A stretch of DNA of 64,000 nt, from assembly GCA_964616915.1 (NCBI GenBank), contig CAZTSL010000001.1, positions 8,933 to 72,932 of the forward strand, read 5' to 3'. The notes under the pieces were generated by a model. That model was not told the DNA's origin. It ran no database searches and saw only the letters and a program-made list of their open reading frames with translations. This document shows positions 17,366 to 25,518 of the stretch, in pieces. The stretch comes from an uncultured bacterium. GTDB lineage: Bacteria; Myxococcota_A; CAZTSL01. Both the position numbers and the translations under genes were made by a program. Positions within the stretch are counted from its first letter, which is position 1. Each line of letters begins with the position of its first letter.

Positions 17366-18334
17366 GTGCAGCGTGAGGTTTCCGTGTGGCGACGGGTCCT
17401 CCAGGCCGGTATCGTGGCCGTGGCCTTCTTCTACGTCGGCAGGACGTTCTACGCCGGTCTCGGCGAACTCGAAAGGACGCGCTTTGCGTTTCACCTGCCC
17501 CTTCTCCTCCTCTCCATGGCGCTGCTCCTCGTCTATCTCCTCTGCCAGGGGGGGATCTGGGCGCTGCTGCTCGGCCGAAGCCTTTCCGGCAAGCATCCTT
17601 TCCGTTTCGGGGAGGCGCTGCGGGTCTTCCTGATCTCCCAGCTCGGGAAGTATATTCCGGGGCGGGTGTGGGTGCTTGCGGGGCGGATCTATTTCGGGGG
17701 GCGTGTCGGGATTCCCAGGCGCAGGATCGTGGCCGTCTCGGTCCTTGCGGATCTCTTTTCGATTCTGGCGGCCAGTGCGATCGCACTGCCGCTTCTGTTG
17801 CGCCGCACGGAACTCCCCCAGGGGGCGTTCTGGGCGCTTCTGCCTTTTGCCGGGGGGGGGGTCCTCCTTGGACTCTTCCCCGAAAGGGTCAAGGGGATCG
17901 CCAACCGTCTCCTGGTGTGGCTGAAGCGTCCCCCCCTGACGATCGTGCTGCGGCGGAGGGACTTCCTCCTCGTATTCGCCGCTTCCCTCCTTTCATGGGG
18001 AATTTTCGCGTTTGGCTACGTCCTCTTCGCCATTGCGGTCGTGGAGACGGCTCCGGAGGACTTCCTCTGGGTCTCGGCGAGCCACATCGTGGCGCTCGTT
18101 CTCGGCTTCCTCTCCCTGGTGACCCCGGGGGGGATCGGAGTGCGGGAGGGGATCTTGACCTATCTCCTCGGATTTTGTTACCCTGCCCCGATCGCTGCGA
18201 TGATGGCGGTCCTCTCCCGTCTGTGGTTGACGATTGGAGAACTCCTCTCCATCCTCCTGGCGTTCCTGGTCGAACGCAGGAGGGCTTCCAGCACGGTCGC
18301 CGCGGGGGGGGATCGCCGAGGAGGCCATCGATGA
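17366..18334 (+). CDS. UPF0104/'flippase-like' (lysylphosphatidylglycerol-synthase TM region family) membrane protein
   Basis: 322 aa and multi-TM, with the family-typical GKYIPGRVW motif. Its stop overlaps the start of the downstream GT2 gene (ATGA). Confidence 0.65.
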   Translation: MQREVSVWRRVLQAGIVAVAFFYVGRTFYAGLGELERTRFAFHLPLLLLSMALLLVYLLCQGGIWALLLGRSLSGKHPFRFGEALRVFLISQLGKYIPGRVWVLAGRIYFGGRVGIPRRRIVAVSVLADLFSILAASAIALPLLLRRTELPQGAFWALLPFAGGGVLLGLFPERVKGIANRLLVWLKRPPLTIVLRRRDFLLVFAASLLSWGIFAFGYVLFAIAVVETAPEDFLWVSASHIVALVLGFLSLVTPGGIGVREGILTYLLGFCYPAPIAAMMAVLSRLWLTIGELLSILLAFLVERRRASSTVAAGGDRRGGHR

Positions 18335-19230
18335 CCTCACCGAAAGATGCCGGCCCGACACCCAGAACATTCCGGATCAGCGTCGTGCTTCCCGTCTACA
18401 ACGAGGCGGAGAACCTGGAGGGCCTCCTGCGTCGTCTCATGTCCCGCCTCCTCCCCGGAGACGAGGTGATCGTCGTCGATGACTGCTCCACGGACGCCTC
18501 CCGGGAGATCGCTGCCCGTTTCGACGTGCGCCTCATCGAACACCCCTACAACATGGGCAATGGCGCCGCCGTCAAGAGTGGCATCCGCGCCGCCAGCAAC
18601 GAGGTCATCGTGATGATGGACGGCGACGGCCAGCACGATCCAGCGGACATCGACCGACTGCTGGCGCATCTTCCCCGCTTCGACATGGTCGTGGGCGCCC
18701 GGAGTGCCGATTCCCAGGCCAACACCCACCGTTGGCTCGCCAACCGGATCTACAGCCTTTTCGCTTCCTATGTCACCGGATTTCCGATCCCCGATCTCAC
18801 CTCCGGCTTCCGGGCGATCAAGCGGCAGATCGCCCGGAAGTACCTCTATCTCCTTCCGAACACCTTCTCCTATCCCACGACGCTGACGCTCTGTCTCATC
18901 AAGACGGGGCGCAGCGTCGAGTTCGTGCCGATCCATGCCCGCGCGCGCAAGGGGAAGAGCAAGATCCGCCTTCTGGCGGACGGCAGCCGTTTCCTCCTCA
19001 TCATCGTCAAGATCGGGAGCATCTTCTCCCCCTTCAAGGTTTTTCTCCCGGTCTCGGCCTTCTTCTTCCTCCTCGGGGTAGGCTACTACTCCTATACCTT
19101 CATCACGGCCCATCGCTTCACGAACATGTCGATGTTGCTCTTCATGACCTCGATCATCATTTTCATGCTCGGCATCATCGCCGAGCAGATCGCCCAGATC
19201 CGCCTCGACCGCAGCGAGGAGGAGCCCTAG
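18331..19230 (+). CDS. Family 2 glycosyltransferase, polyprenol-phosphate sugar transferase type (DPM1/ArnC/GtrB-like)
   Basis: ATG at 18331. GT-A motifs present: ISVVLPVYNEAENL, VIVVDDCSTD, MMDGDGQHDP, plus two C-terminal TM helices as in GtrB/ArnC. The 5' 315 codons of ORF 17386..19230 are an alternate-frame artefact. Confidence 0.85.
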   Translation: MTSPKDAGPTPRTFRISVVLPVYNEAENLEGLLRRLMSRLLPGDEVIVVDDCSTDASREIAARFDVRLIEHPYNMGNGAAVKSGIRAASNEVIVMMDGDGQHDPADIDRLLAHLPRFDMVVGARSADSQANTHRWLANRIYSLFASYVTGFPIPDLTSGFRAIKRQIARKYLYLLPNTFSYPTTLTLCLIKTGRSVEFVPIHARARKGKSKIRLLADGSRFLLIIVKIGSIFSPFKVFLPVSAFFFLLGVGYYSYTFITAHRFTNMSMLLFMTSIIIFMLGIIAEQIAQIRLDRSEEEP

Positions 19231-19328
19231 GGCTGCGGGGGGGCGTGGAGTGGCCCATCTCTTCCCCTGGCCAGGGAGAGGGGCACGAAAGGACGTTTCG
19301 AGAAACGGCCCATGGAGTAAGGAGCCTC

Positions 19329-22145
19329 ATGACACTTGCAACGCTGCGTAGATGGATCAAGCTCTGTTTCTTCCTCTCGGGGCTGACGGGTCTCGTCTAT
19401 CAGATCGCCTGGACGCGGATGCTCGGTCTCATCTTCGGCTCGACGCTCTATTCCGTGACCACGGTTCTTTCCGTCTTCTTTGCGGGACTTGCGATCGGGG
19501 CGCACTTCTTCGGTCGTTTCATCGACCGTCGCGGCACGCGCAAGCCGCTCGAAGTCTATGGGTGGCTGGAGATCGGGATCGGGTTGTGGGGAGCGATCGT
19601 GCCGGGGCTCCTCCACCTGATCGAGGTCCTCTACATCGAGCGTCTCCACCCCCTCGACCTCTCCTTCGAGATGCTGACCCTGCTGCGTTTTCTCTTCACC
19701 TTCCTCGTTCTCCTGCTCCCCACCACGTTGATGGGGGGGACGCTGCCGGTGCTCGTGAAATTCTTCGTCCGCCGGCTCGAAGGGGTGGGGGAGGGGATCG
19801 CTTCGCTCTACTTCATCAACACGATCGGTGCGATGGTGGGGGTGGGGTTGTGCGGTTTCTTCCTCTTCCAGCTCGTCGGGGTACCGGGGGCGACATGGGT
19901 GGCGGTCGGGATCAACCTCCTCGTGGGGGGGGTGGCGATCTGGGGGAATCGTGCGCTTGCGGCTTCCGGTGAGCGGGAGCGTCCCTCCCCGGAGGGGGGA
20001 GAGGGGGTGAGCGTCTCTCCCTCTTCCTCTGAGGCTGCACCGGTCGATCCCCTCTGTGCCCTCTTCTCGCCACGCCCCGTGCCCCCCTTCCCCACCCCGC
20101 AGGCGATCCTCAATGCGGCGTTCTTCTCCGGTCTGGCCGCGCTCGCCTACGAGGTCTACTTCAACCGTGTCCTTTCGATCATGCTCGGTGACACGGTCTT
20201 CGTCTTCTCGATCATCCTGATCGTCTTCCTTGGGGGGATCGCGTTGGGGAGTGCGGTCTTCCGCCGCCGGATCGACCGGCTCTCCCATCTCGAGGAGTGG
20301 CTGGCGCTCTGTCAGTTCGTGATCGGGTGTTCGATCCTCCTGCTCACCCCCTTCCTCGACTGGCTCCCCGTGGTGTATGCGGGGATCATGGTCGCGCTCG
20401 ATCATCTCTTCCCCCAGATCCACGTCAACTGGGTCGTCGTCAACCTCGTCAAACTGATGCTCTGCACGTTCATGCTGGGGATCCCGACGCTCCACATGGG
20501 GGCTTCCTTTCCGATCCTGGGGCGGCTCTACACGCGGTCGCTTCGCCACCTGGGCGAGGAGGTCGGTACCGTCTATCAGTGGAACACGGTGGGGGGGATT
20601 TTTGGATCGATCCTGGCCGGCTTCGTGGCGCTGCCCCTCTTCGGGAGCCGTGTGAGTCTCGTGCTCACCGCGCTCGTGAGCATCGCGATCGGGCTCTACT
20701 TCTGGAAGGAGCGGCTCCGCCGCCTCTCCGCGGCCGCGTTCCCCCCCCTCCTCGTCCTCTTTGCCGTCGTGGCCGCTGTTCTCCTCCATCCCTGGGACGT
20801 GCTCCGGATGCATGCCCAGACCTTCCTCCATTACGTGGACTTCGCCGCCATGACGAGGGGGGAGAGGGGAAAGCAGGGAGGTGAGGGAGGCCGTGAGGCC
20901 GCGCATCGCGAGGGGGGAGAGGTCCGGCATTACGGTTACCGCGCCCTCTACTATAGCGAGGGGATCCATACGAACGTCCTCGTATCGGGGAAGGGGAAGA
21001 ACCTTCAGATCCATGTCGGTTCCAAGGTGCAGGCGAGCACCTATTTCGACGATCTCATCAACCAGTATCTTCTCGGCCACCTCCCCACGCTGCTGCACCC
21101 CGCCCCCCGCACGGGGCTGATCACGGGGCTTGGCGCGGGGATCGCGCTCGGATCGATGGCGCGCCACGATTCCTACCGCGTCATCGATGTGGCCGAGATC
21201 TCGGCGAACGTCATTCCGGCGGCCCGTCTCTTCGGCGAGTTCAACGGCAACGTCCTCGACGATCCCCGCGTGACGATCCACCTCGGGGACGGGCGCAACT
21301 ACATCCTGGCCACACGGACGATCTACGACGTGATATCGACCGATGCCTTCGAGCCGTACCAGGCCAACGCCGCCGGTTTCTATACCTACGACTACATGTC
21401 GGCCTGCCGGCGCAAGCTCTCGAAAGATGGGGTCTTCTGTCTCTGGTTGCCCCTCACCACGCTGCCGGTGGCCTACAACAAGGTCATCATCCATTCCCTC
21501 GAGGCGGCCTTTCCGCACATGAGCGTCTGGGCGCTTGGCCCCCAATGTCTCCTGATCGGGACGATGCAGCCGCTTCGCCTCGACGTGGCGGCACTCGAGC
21601 GCCGCTTCCTCTCCCCCGCGGTGCAGCGGGAACTGGCGCCGATGGGGCTGGTACGCATCGAGACCTTCCTTGCGTACCTCTCCCTCACGGAGAAGGAATC
21701 GGAGCGTCTCGTTCAGGGGGTATCACTCAATACGGACGATCATCCGATCCTCGAACTCTCCGCTTCCCGCAACCTCACCCGTCCGACGATCGGTGAGAAC
21801 CAGGCCTTCCTTGCGGAGGTGCGCAGATCTGCCGGAATGAAGCGGCGACTCCGTGAACTCCTCGTTCCCCCCCCCGACGATCCCACCTTCTGGGAACGGA
21901 TGGACCGGGCCTACGAGATGGTCACGATCCTTCTCGATGCCCTGGCCAAGGCGAACATGGGGGATCCCGAGGGGGCCCAACGCGATTTCGAGCGTGCCTT
22001 CGCCATCGACGGCACCGATCCCTATCTGCGCAAGACCTACGAGGATGCCCTCCTGCGCATCTTCGACCACTACATGGAGCGGGGAGAGACGGAGAAGATC
22101 GAAATCCTGAAGGAACGATCCCGCAGGCTCCTCGGCGATCGATGA
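19329..22145 (+). CDS. Fused MFS-like transporter / spermidine-synthase-like protein with C-terminal TPR region
   Basis: ATG at 19329 after TAAGGAG. The N-terminal ~470 aa hold ~12 TM helices. The central spermidine-synthase-like Rossmann domain carries LITGLGAGIALGSM..VIDVAEISANVI...DVISTDAFEP. A TPR-like tail is at the C-terminus. The 5' extension of ORF 18732 is rejected. Confidence 0.75.
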   Translation: MTLATLRRWIKLCFFLSGLTGLVYQIAWTRMLGLIFGSTLYSVTTVLSVFFAGLAIGAHFFGRFIDRRGTRKPLEVYGWLEIGIGLWGAIVPGLLHLIEVLYIERLHPLDLSFEMLTLLRFLFTFLVLLLPTTLMGGTLPVLVKFFVRRLEGVGEGIASLYFINTIGAMVGVGLCGFFLFQLVGVPGATWVAVGINLLVGGVAIWGNRALAASGERERPSPEGGEGVSVSPSSSEAAPVDPLCALFSPRPVPPFPTPQAILNAAFFSGLAALAYEVYFNRVLSIMLGDTVFVFSIILIVFLGGIALGSAVFRRRIDRLSHLEEWLALCQFVIGCSILLLTPFLDWLPVVYAGIMVALDHLFPQIHVNWVVVNLVKLMLCTFMLGIPTLHMGASFPILGRLYTRSLRHLGEEVGTVYQWNTVGGIFGSILAGFVALPLFGSRVSLVLTALVSIAIGLYFWKERLRRLSAAAFPPLLVLFAVVAAVLLHPWDVLRMHAQTFLHYVDFAAMTRGERGKQGGEGGREAAHREGGEVRHYGYRALYYSEGIHTNVLVSGKGKNLQIHVGSKVQASTYFDDLINQYLLGHLPTLLHPAPRTGLITGLGAGIALGSMARHDSYRVIDVAEISANVIPAARLFGEFNGNVLDDPRVTIHLGDGRNYILATRTIYDVISTDAFEPYQANAAGFYTYDYMSACRRKLSKDGVFCLWLPLTTLPVAYNKVIIHSLEAAFPHMSVWALGPQCLLIGTMQPLRLDVAALERRFLSPAVQRELAPMGLVRIETFLAYLSLTEKESERLVQGVSLNTDDHPILELSASRNLTRPTIGENQAFLAEVRRSAGMKRRLRELLVPPPDDPTFWERMDRAYEMVTILLDALAKANMGDPEGAQRDFERAFAIDGTDPYLRKTYEDALLRIFDHYMERGETEKIEILKERSRRLLGDR

Positions 22146-22315
22146 GGGCCTCCTGGGATTTCCTCCTCCGGACGTCCTGGGCAGGATCGATCCGTGAAAG
22201 ATCCTCGCTTCACTCAACCTTTCTTCGGTGAGAGGGGACTTGCCCACCGCAAGCGGCGAACGCACCCGTGGATGACGATAGCGCGTTTCAAGGGCTCATC
22301 ATCCGACGTCATGTG

Positions 22316-22921
22316 TCAGGTCAGCTCGAAGGTCTCGTAGAGGGAGGCGAGCGTCTCGTGATCGGGGAATTCGACCCCATAGCGTTCGCAGAGTCGGCGT
22401 GCTCGTTCGAGCCAGGTTTGGTGGCGTTTCCCTCCTGCTTCCGATTCGACGCGCAGGAATGCCTCGAGGAGTTCCGACTTGGCCGCTTCGGAGAGGGCCT
22501 GATCCGCCATCCGGAAGAGGATCGTGTTCTCCTTTGCGATATGGGCGTGGAGCAGATCGATGAAGGCGAGGGCATGCTTCTGAAAGGCTGCGCATTGCTG
22601 AGGATCTCCCGCTGTGGCGCCTGGAAGCGACTGGGCCATCCCCTGGACGCATTCCCGCCCCATGACGTGTTCGTGGAGCATGACCGCGATCGGTCCAGCC
22701 TGCCGGGGGAAGCCGTGCGCTTCCATCGCGGGGAAGAGGCGCTCTTCCTCCTTGGAATGATGGCAATGATCGGCGAAGTTCCGGAAGAAGTCGATCGCCT
22801 CCTGACCGGCCTCCTCGTCGAGGCTTCCCTTCTGCGTCATCTCCTCGACGATCCGTCCCAGAACACGAAGTACGGCCTCGATCACATGATGTTCCGCGAT
22901 CAGAATCTCCGTGGCTTTCAT
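22316..22921 (-). CDS. Hemerythrin-like (HHE cation-binding) domain protein
   Basis: Start at the internal Met MKATEILIAEHHV. Repeated H/E metal-ligand motifs: HHVIE, HCHHSKEE, MLHEH, HIAKEN. Confidence 0.65.
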   Translation of the reverse strand: MKATEILIAEHHVIEAVLRVLGRIVEEMTQKGSLDEEAGQEAIDFFRNFADHCHHSKEEERLFPAMEAHGFPRQAGPIAVMLHEHVMGRECVQGMAQSLPGATAGDPQQCAAFQKHALAFIDLLHAHIAKENTILFRMADQALSEAAKSELLEAFLRVESEAGGKRHQTWLERARRLCERYGVEFPDHETLASLYETFELT

Positions 22922-23269
22922 TGGGTATCCTTCATCTTTTCGATGGTTGTTCGATGGTCGATGGCTGAACGATGTCGTAACGATGTCGATGGAATCGTCG
23001 ATGATGGGTAAGGCCGCCTTGGGTGCCCAACGGCGTGGCGTTTGGATTTCACATACCGGAAATATACCAGCCTCGGCACGGAACTTCAAGTCAGCGTGAT
23101 GCCCTGATCCCCCATCCGCGCCCAGTCATCGTGAAATCTCGGGACGAGCCGTGATCCACGAAGATTCGCTGGTTGCTCATCCGTTCGAGATCATCGACGC
23201 CCCCCGATCCCGGATCGGTACCCGTCGTCACGACTTCCGGTTGCAACGTCCAAAGCCAGCATCTCCAAC

Positions 23270-23298
23270 TTGACAAACCAGCAGGGATCGAATAGAGT
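23270..23298 (+). promoter_or_regulatory. Putative sigma-70 promoter upstream of tRNA-Met
   Basis: TTGACA (23270-23275), a 17-nt spacer, then TAGAGT (23293-23298). It lies about 100 nt upstream of the tRNA. Confidence 0.35.
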
Positions 23299-23399
23299 AG
23301 GAGGGTTCAGAAGCGTGAGATGATCGGATTCCCTCTTGTGAACCCGAGGCATTGGTCCCCTGAAGCGTGGGATCGGGGCGGGGGGAAAGGTCGTCGAGT

Positions 23400-23472
23400 G
23401 GGCTCATAGCTCAGCGGGTAGAGCTCCCGGCTCATAACCGGAGGGTCCCTGGTTCGAACCCAGGTGAGCCCA
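23400..23472 (+). tRNA. tRNA-Met (anticodon CAT), elongator type (could alternatively be the lysidine-modified tRNA-Ile2)
   Basis: The 73-nt cloverleaf is GGGCTCA / TGAGCCC acceptor, GCTCAGCGGGTAGAGC D-arm, CTCATAA anticodon loop and GGTTCGAACCC T-arm. No CCA is encoded. Confidence 0.85.
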
Positions 23473-23684
23473 CATCGTTGTCCCGACGGTTCGACCGGGC
23501 GTGGATGGCTCGATCGCAGAGATCACGATATCCATGAAAGCAGCCGTATTCATAGGGGAGAGAGCCGATTCCCATGCATGGGATGCCAGGCCGAGAACGC
23601 ACCTGAGTCCAGGGGCGTTTTTTTGTTGGCTGACCTGGAAACGCTCATGATCCCTCGACCACCCGACGACACGGAGGAAACGTC

Positions 23685-24407
23685 GTGCTAGACCAGATCA
23701 GAAAATTGGTCCATCTCCAGAAGATCGATCAGCATCTCGGTGAGCTGCTGCGCCGCCGGGAGAATGCCTCCCGCAAGGTGAGCGATGCCGAAGGCTCCTT
23801 GCAGCACGAACAGGAGAAACAGACCGAGTGGAAAGAGCGCCTCTCCGTGCGGAAGAATGAAGAGGAACAGACGCGGGAACAGATCCGGGATGTCGAGTCC
23901 CAACTCGCGAAACTCGAAGCGAAACAGCAGGAAGTCAAGACGACGAAGGAATATGACGCCGTACGGAAGGAGTTCGAAAGCGCAGAGCAGACGAAACAGA
24001 CCCTTGAAGCGGGGATCACGGCGATCAGCGCGGAGATCGTCGAACTCGAGACGAATCTGCGGGAGAGCGAGAGCCGGGTCGCATCCCTGAAGACGACCCT
24101 CGAAAGGGTGAAAAACGAACTCGCCCACGTCCTGGAGAGCGTCGGTGAGGAAGAAAAGGAACTCCAGGAGAAGCGTGACGAACTCGCCGGAACGATCAAG
24201 GCTCCCCTCCTCAGGAAGTATGAAAGGATCCGGAAATACAAGATGGGGTTGGGCATCGCAGAGGCCAAGGACGGCGCCTGCACCGCCTGCCACATGAGCG
24301 TCCCCTCACAGCAGTACTCGAGGATCCTGCGTGGGGAGCTGCTCGAGTGCCAGAATTGCCAGCGGATCCTCTACCATGAAACGATTCTGGAACAGAATGC
24401 ATCCAAA

Positions 24408-24410
<3 letters not shown>
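23685..24410 (+). CDS. C4-type zinc-ribbon domain protein (DUF164/COG1579 family; coiled-coil plus C-terminal Zn ribbon)
   Basis: 241 aa. A long coiled coil is followed by CTAC....CQNC. Confidence 0.75.
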
Positions 24411-24815
<405 letters not shown>

Positions 24816-24830
<15 letters not shown>

Positions 24831-24847
24831 AATCGCCTGCCGTTTCC
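24816..24847 (+). terminator. Perfect 13-bp stem-loop immediately 3' of rnpB (putative terminator/processing hairpin)
   Basis: GGAAACGGCAGGC-ATAATC-GCCTGCCGTTTCC, followed by a T-containing tract (CTTCGTACGGTTTCGG). Confidence 0.4.
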
Positions 24848-24957
24848 TTCGTACGGTTTCGGTCCGGTCGGATCTCTTACGGTACCCGGCAACAGGCAGC
24901 ATACCGCTCTGCGCATCCCGGGAGCGGCGCGGCGTTCCGCCGGCAGTGTGCGCGCGA

Positions 24958-25473
24958 TCATTCCTCTTCGGTGATCACTTCTCCCCAGATGTTCTCGATC
25001 CGAACGATCTCCCATTCGTGCGTTCGATCCCTCCATTGGACATCGACGATCTCGCCGCAGGGCTGGCCGAGGAGGGCCTGGGCGATGGGGGAATGGAAGG
25101 AGATCCCATTGGGGCAGGCTTCCATCTCGAGGATGTCGGCGAGCGAGATGAGAAAGGATCTCTCCATCTCCGTTTCGCAATCGATCACCGTCACGGTGGA
25201 GAAGAGCGTCACGCGGTCCCGCGGGAAGGTTTCCAGGTCGATCCTGTTGACCATCTCGAATTTCTCGTAGAGTTGGCGTAAGCGTCCTTGAAGGAAACTC
25301 TGGCGTTGTTTGGCCGCATCGTATTCGGCGTTTTCGCTCAGGTCGCCATGTTCGGCCGCGGTGTGGAGCGCCTTGGGGATCTCGACATGGAGTTCGTACT
25401 CCATCTTCTCGATATCCTCCCGGAGTTTTCGCCGGACGGCTTCGAGCTTCTGTTTGATCTCCTCCATCTTCAT
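24958..25473 (-). CDS. greA: Transcription elongation factor GreA
   Basis: 171 aa. The N-terminal coiled coil carries the conserved acidic tip (HGDLSENAEYDAAK) and a C-terminal FKBP-like domain. Confidence 0.9.
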   Translation of the reverse strand: MKMEEIKQKLEAVRRKLREDIEKMEYELHVEIPKALHTAAEHGDLSENAEYDAAKQRQSFLQGRLRQLYEKFEMVNRIDLETFPRDRVTLFSTVTVIDCETEMERSFLISLADILEMEACPNGISFHSPIAQALLGQPCGEIVDVQWRDRTHEWEIVRIENIWGEVITEEE

Positions 25474-25518
25474 CCTTTCCTGGTTGCCAAATCCTTTCGG
25501 GTCGTCTTTTTCCCCGTG

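Noticed and set aside
17386-19230. 614-aa ORF spanning the flippase-like and GT2 genes. The same applies to ORF 18732..22145 (1137 aa) and ORF 48487..50142 (551 aa).
   Set aside because: Each consists of a long alternate-frame or antisense N-terminal extension fused to a real gene. The real genes start at internal ATGs with good Shine-Dalgarno sequences (18331, 19329, 49447).
22268-23011. 247-aa + strand ORF
   Set aside because: It is antisense to the hemerythrin-like gene, which has clear HHE motifs, and has no motif support itself.
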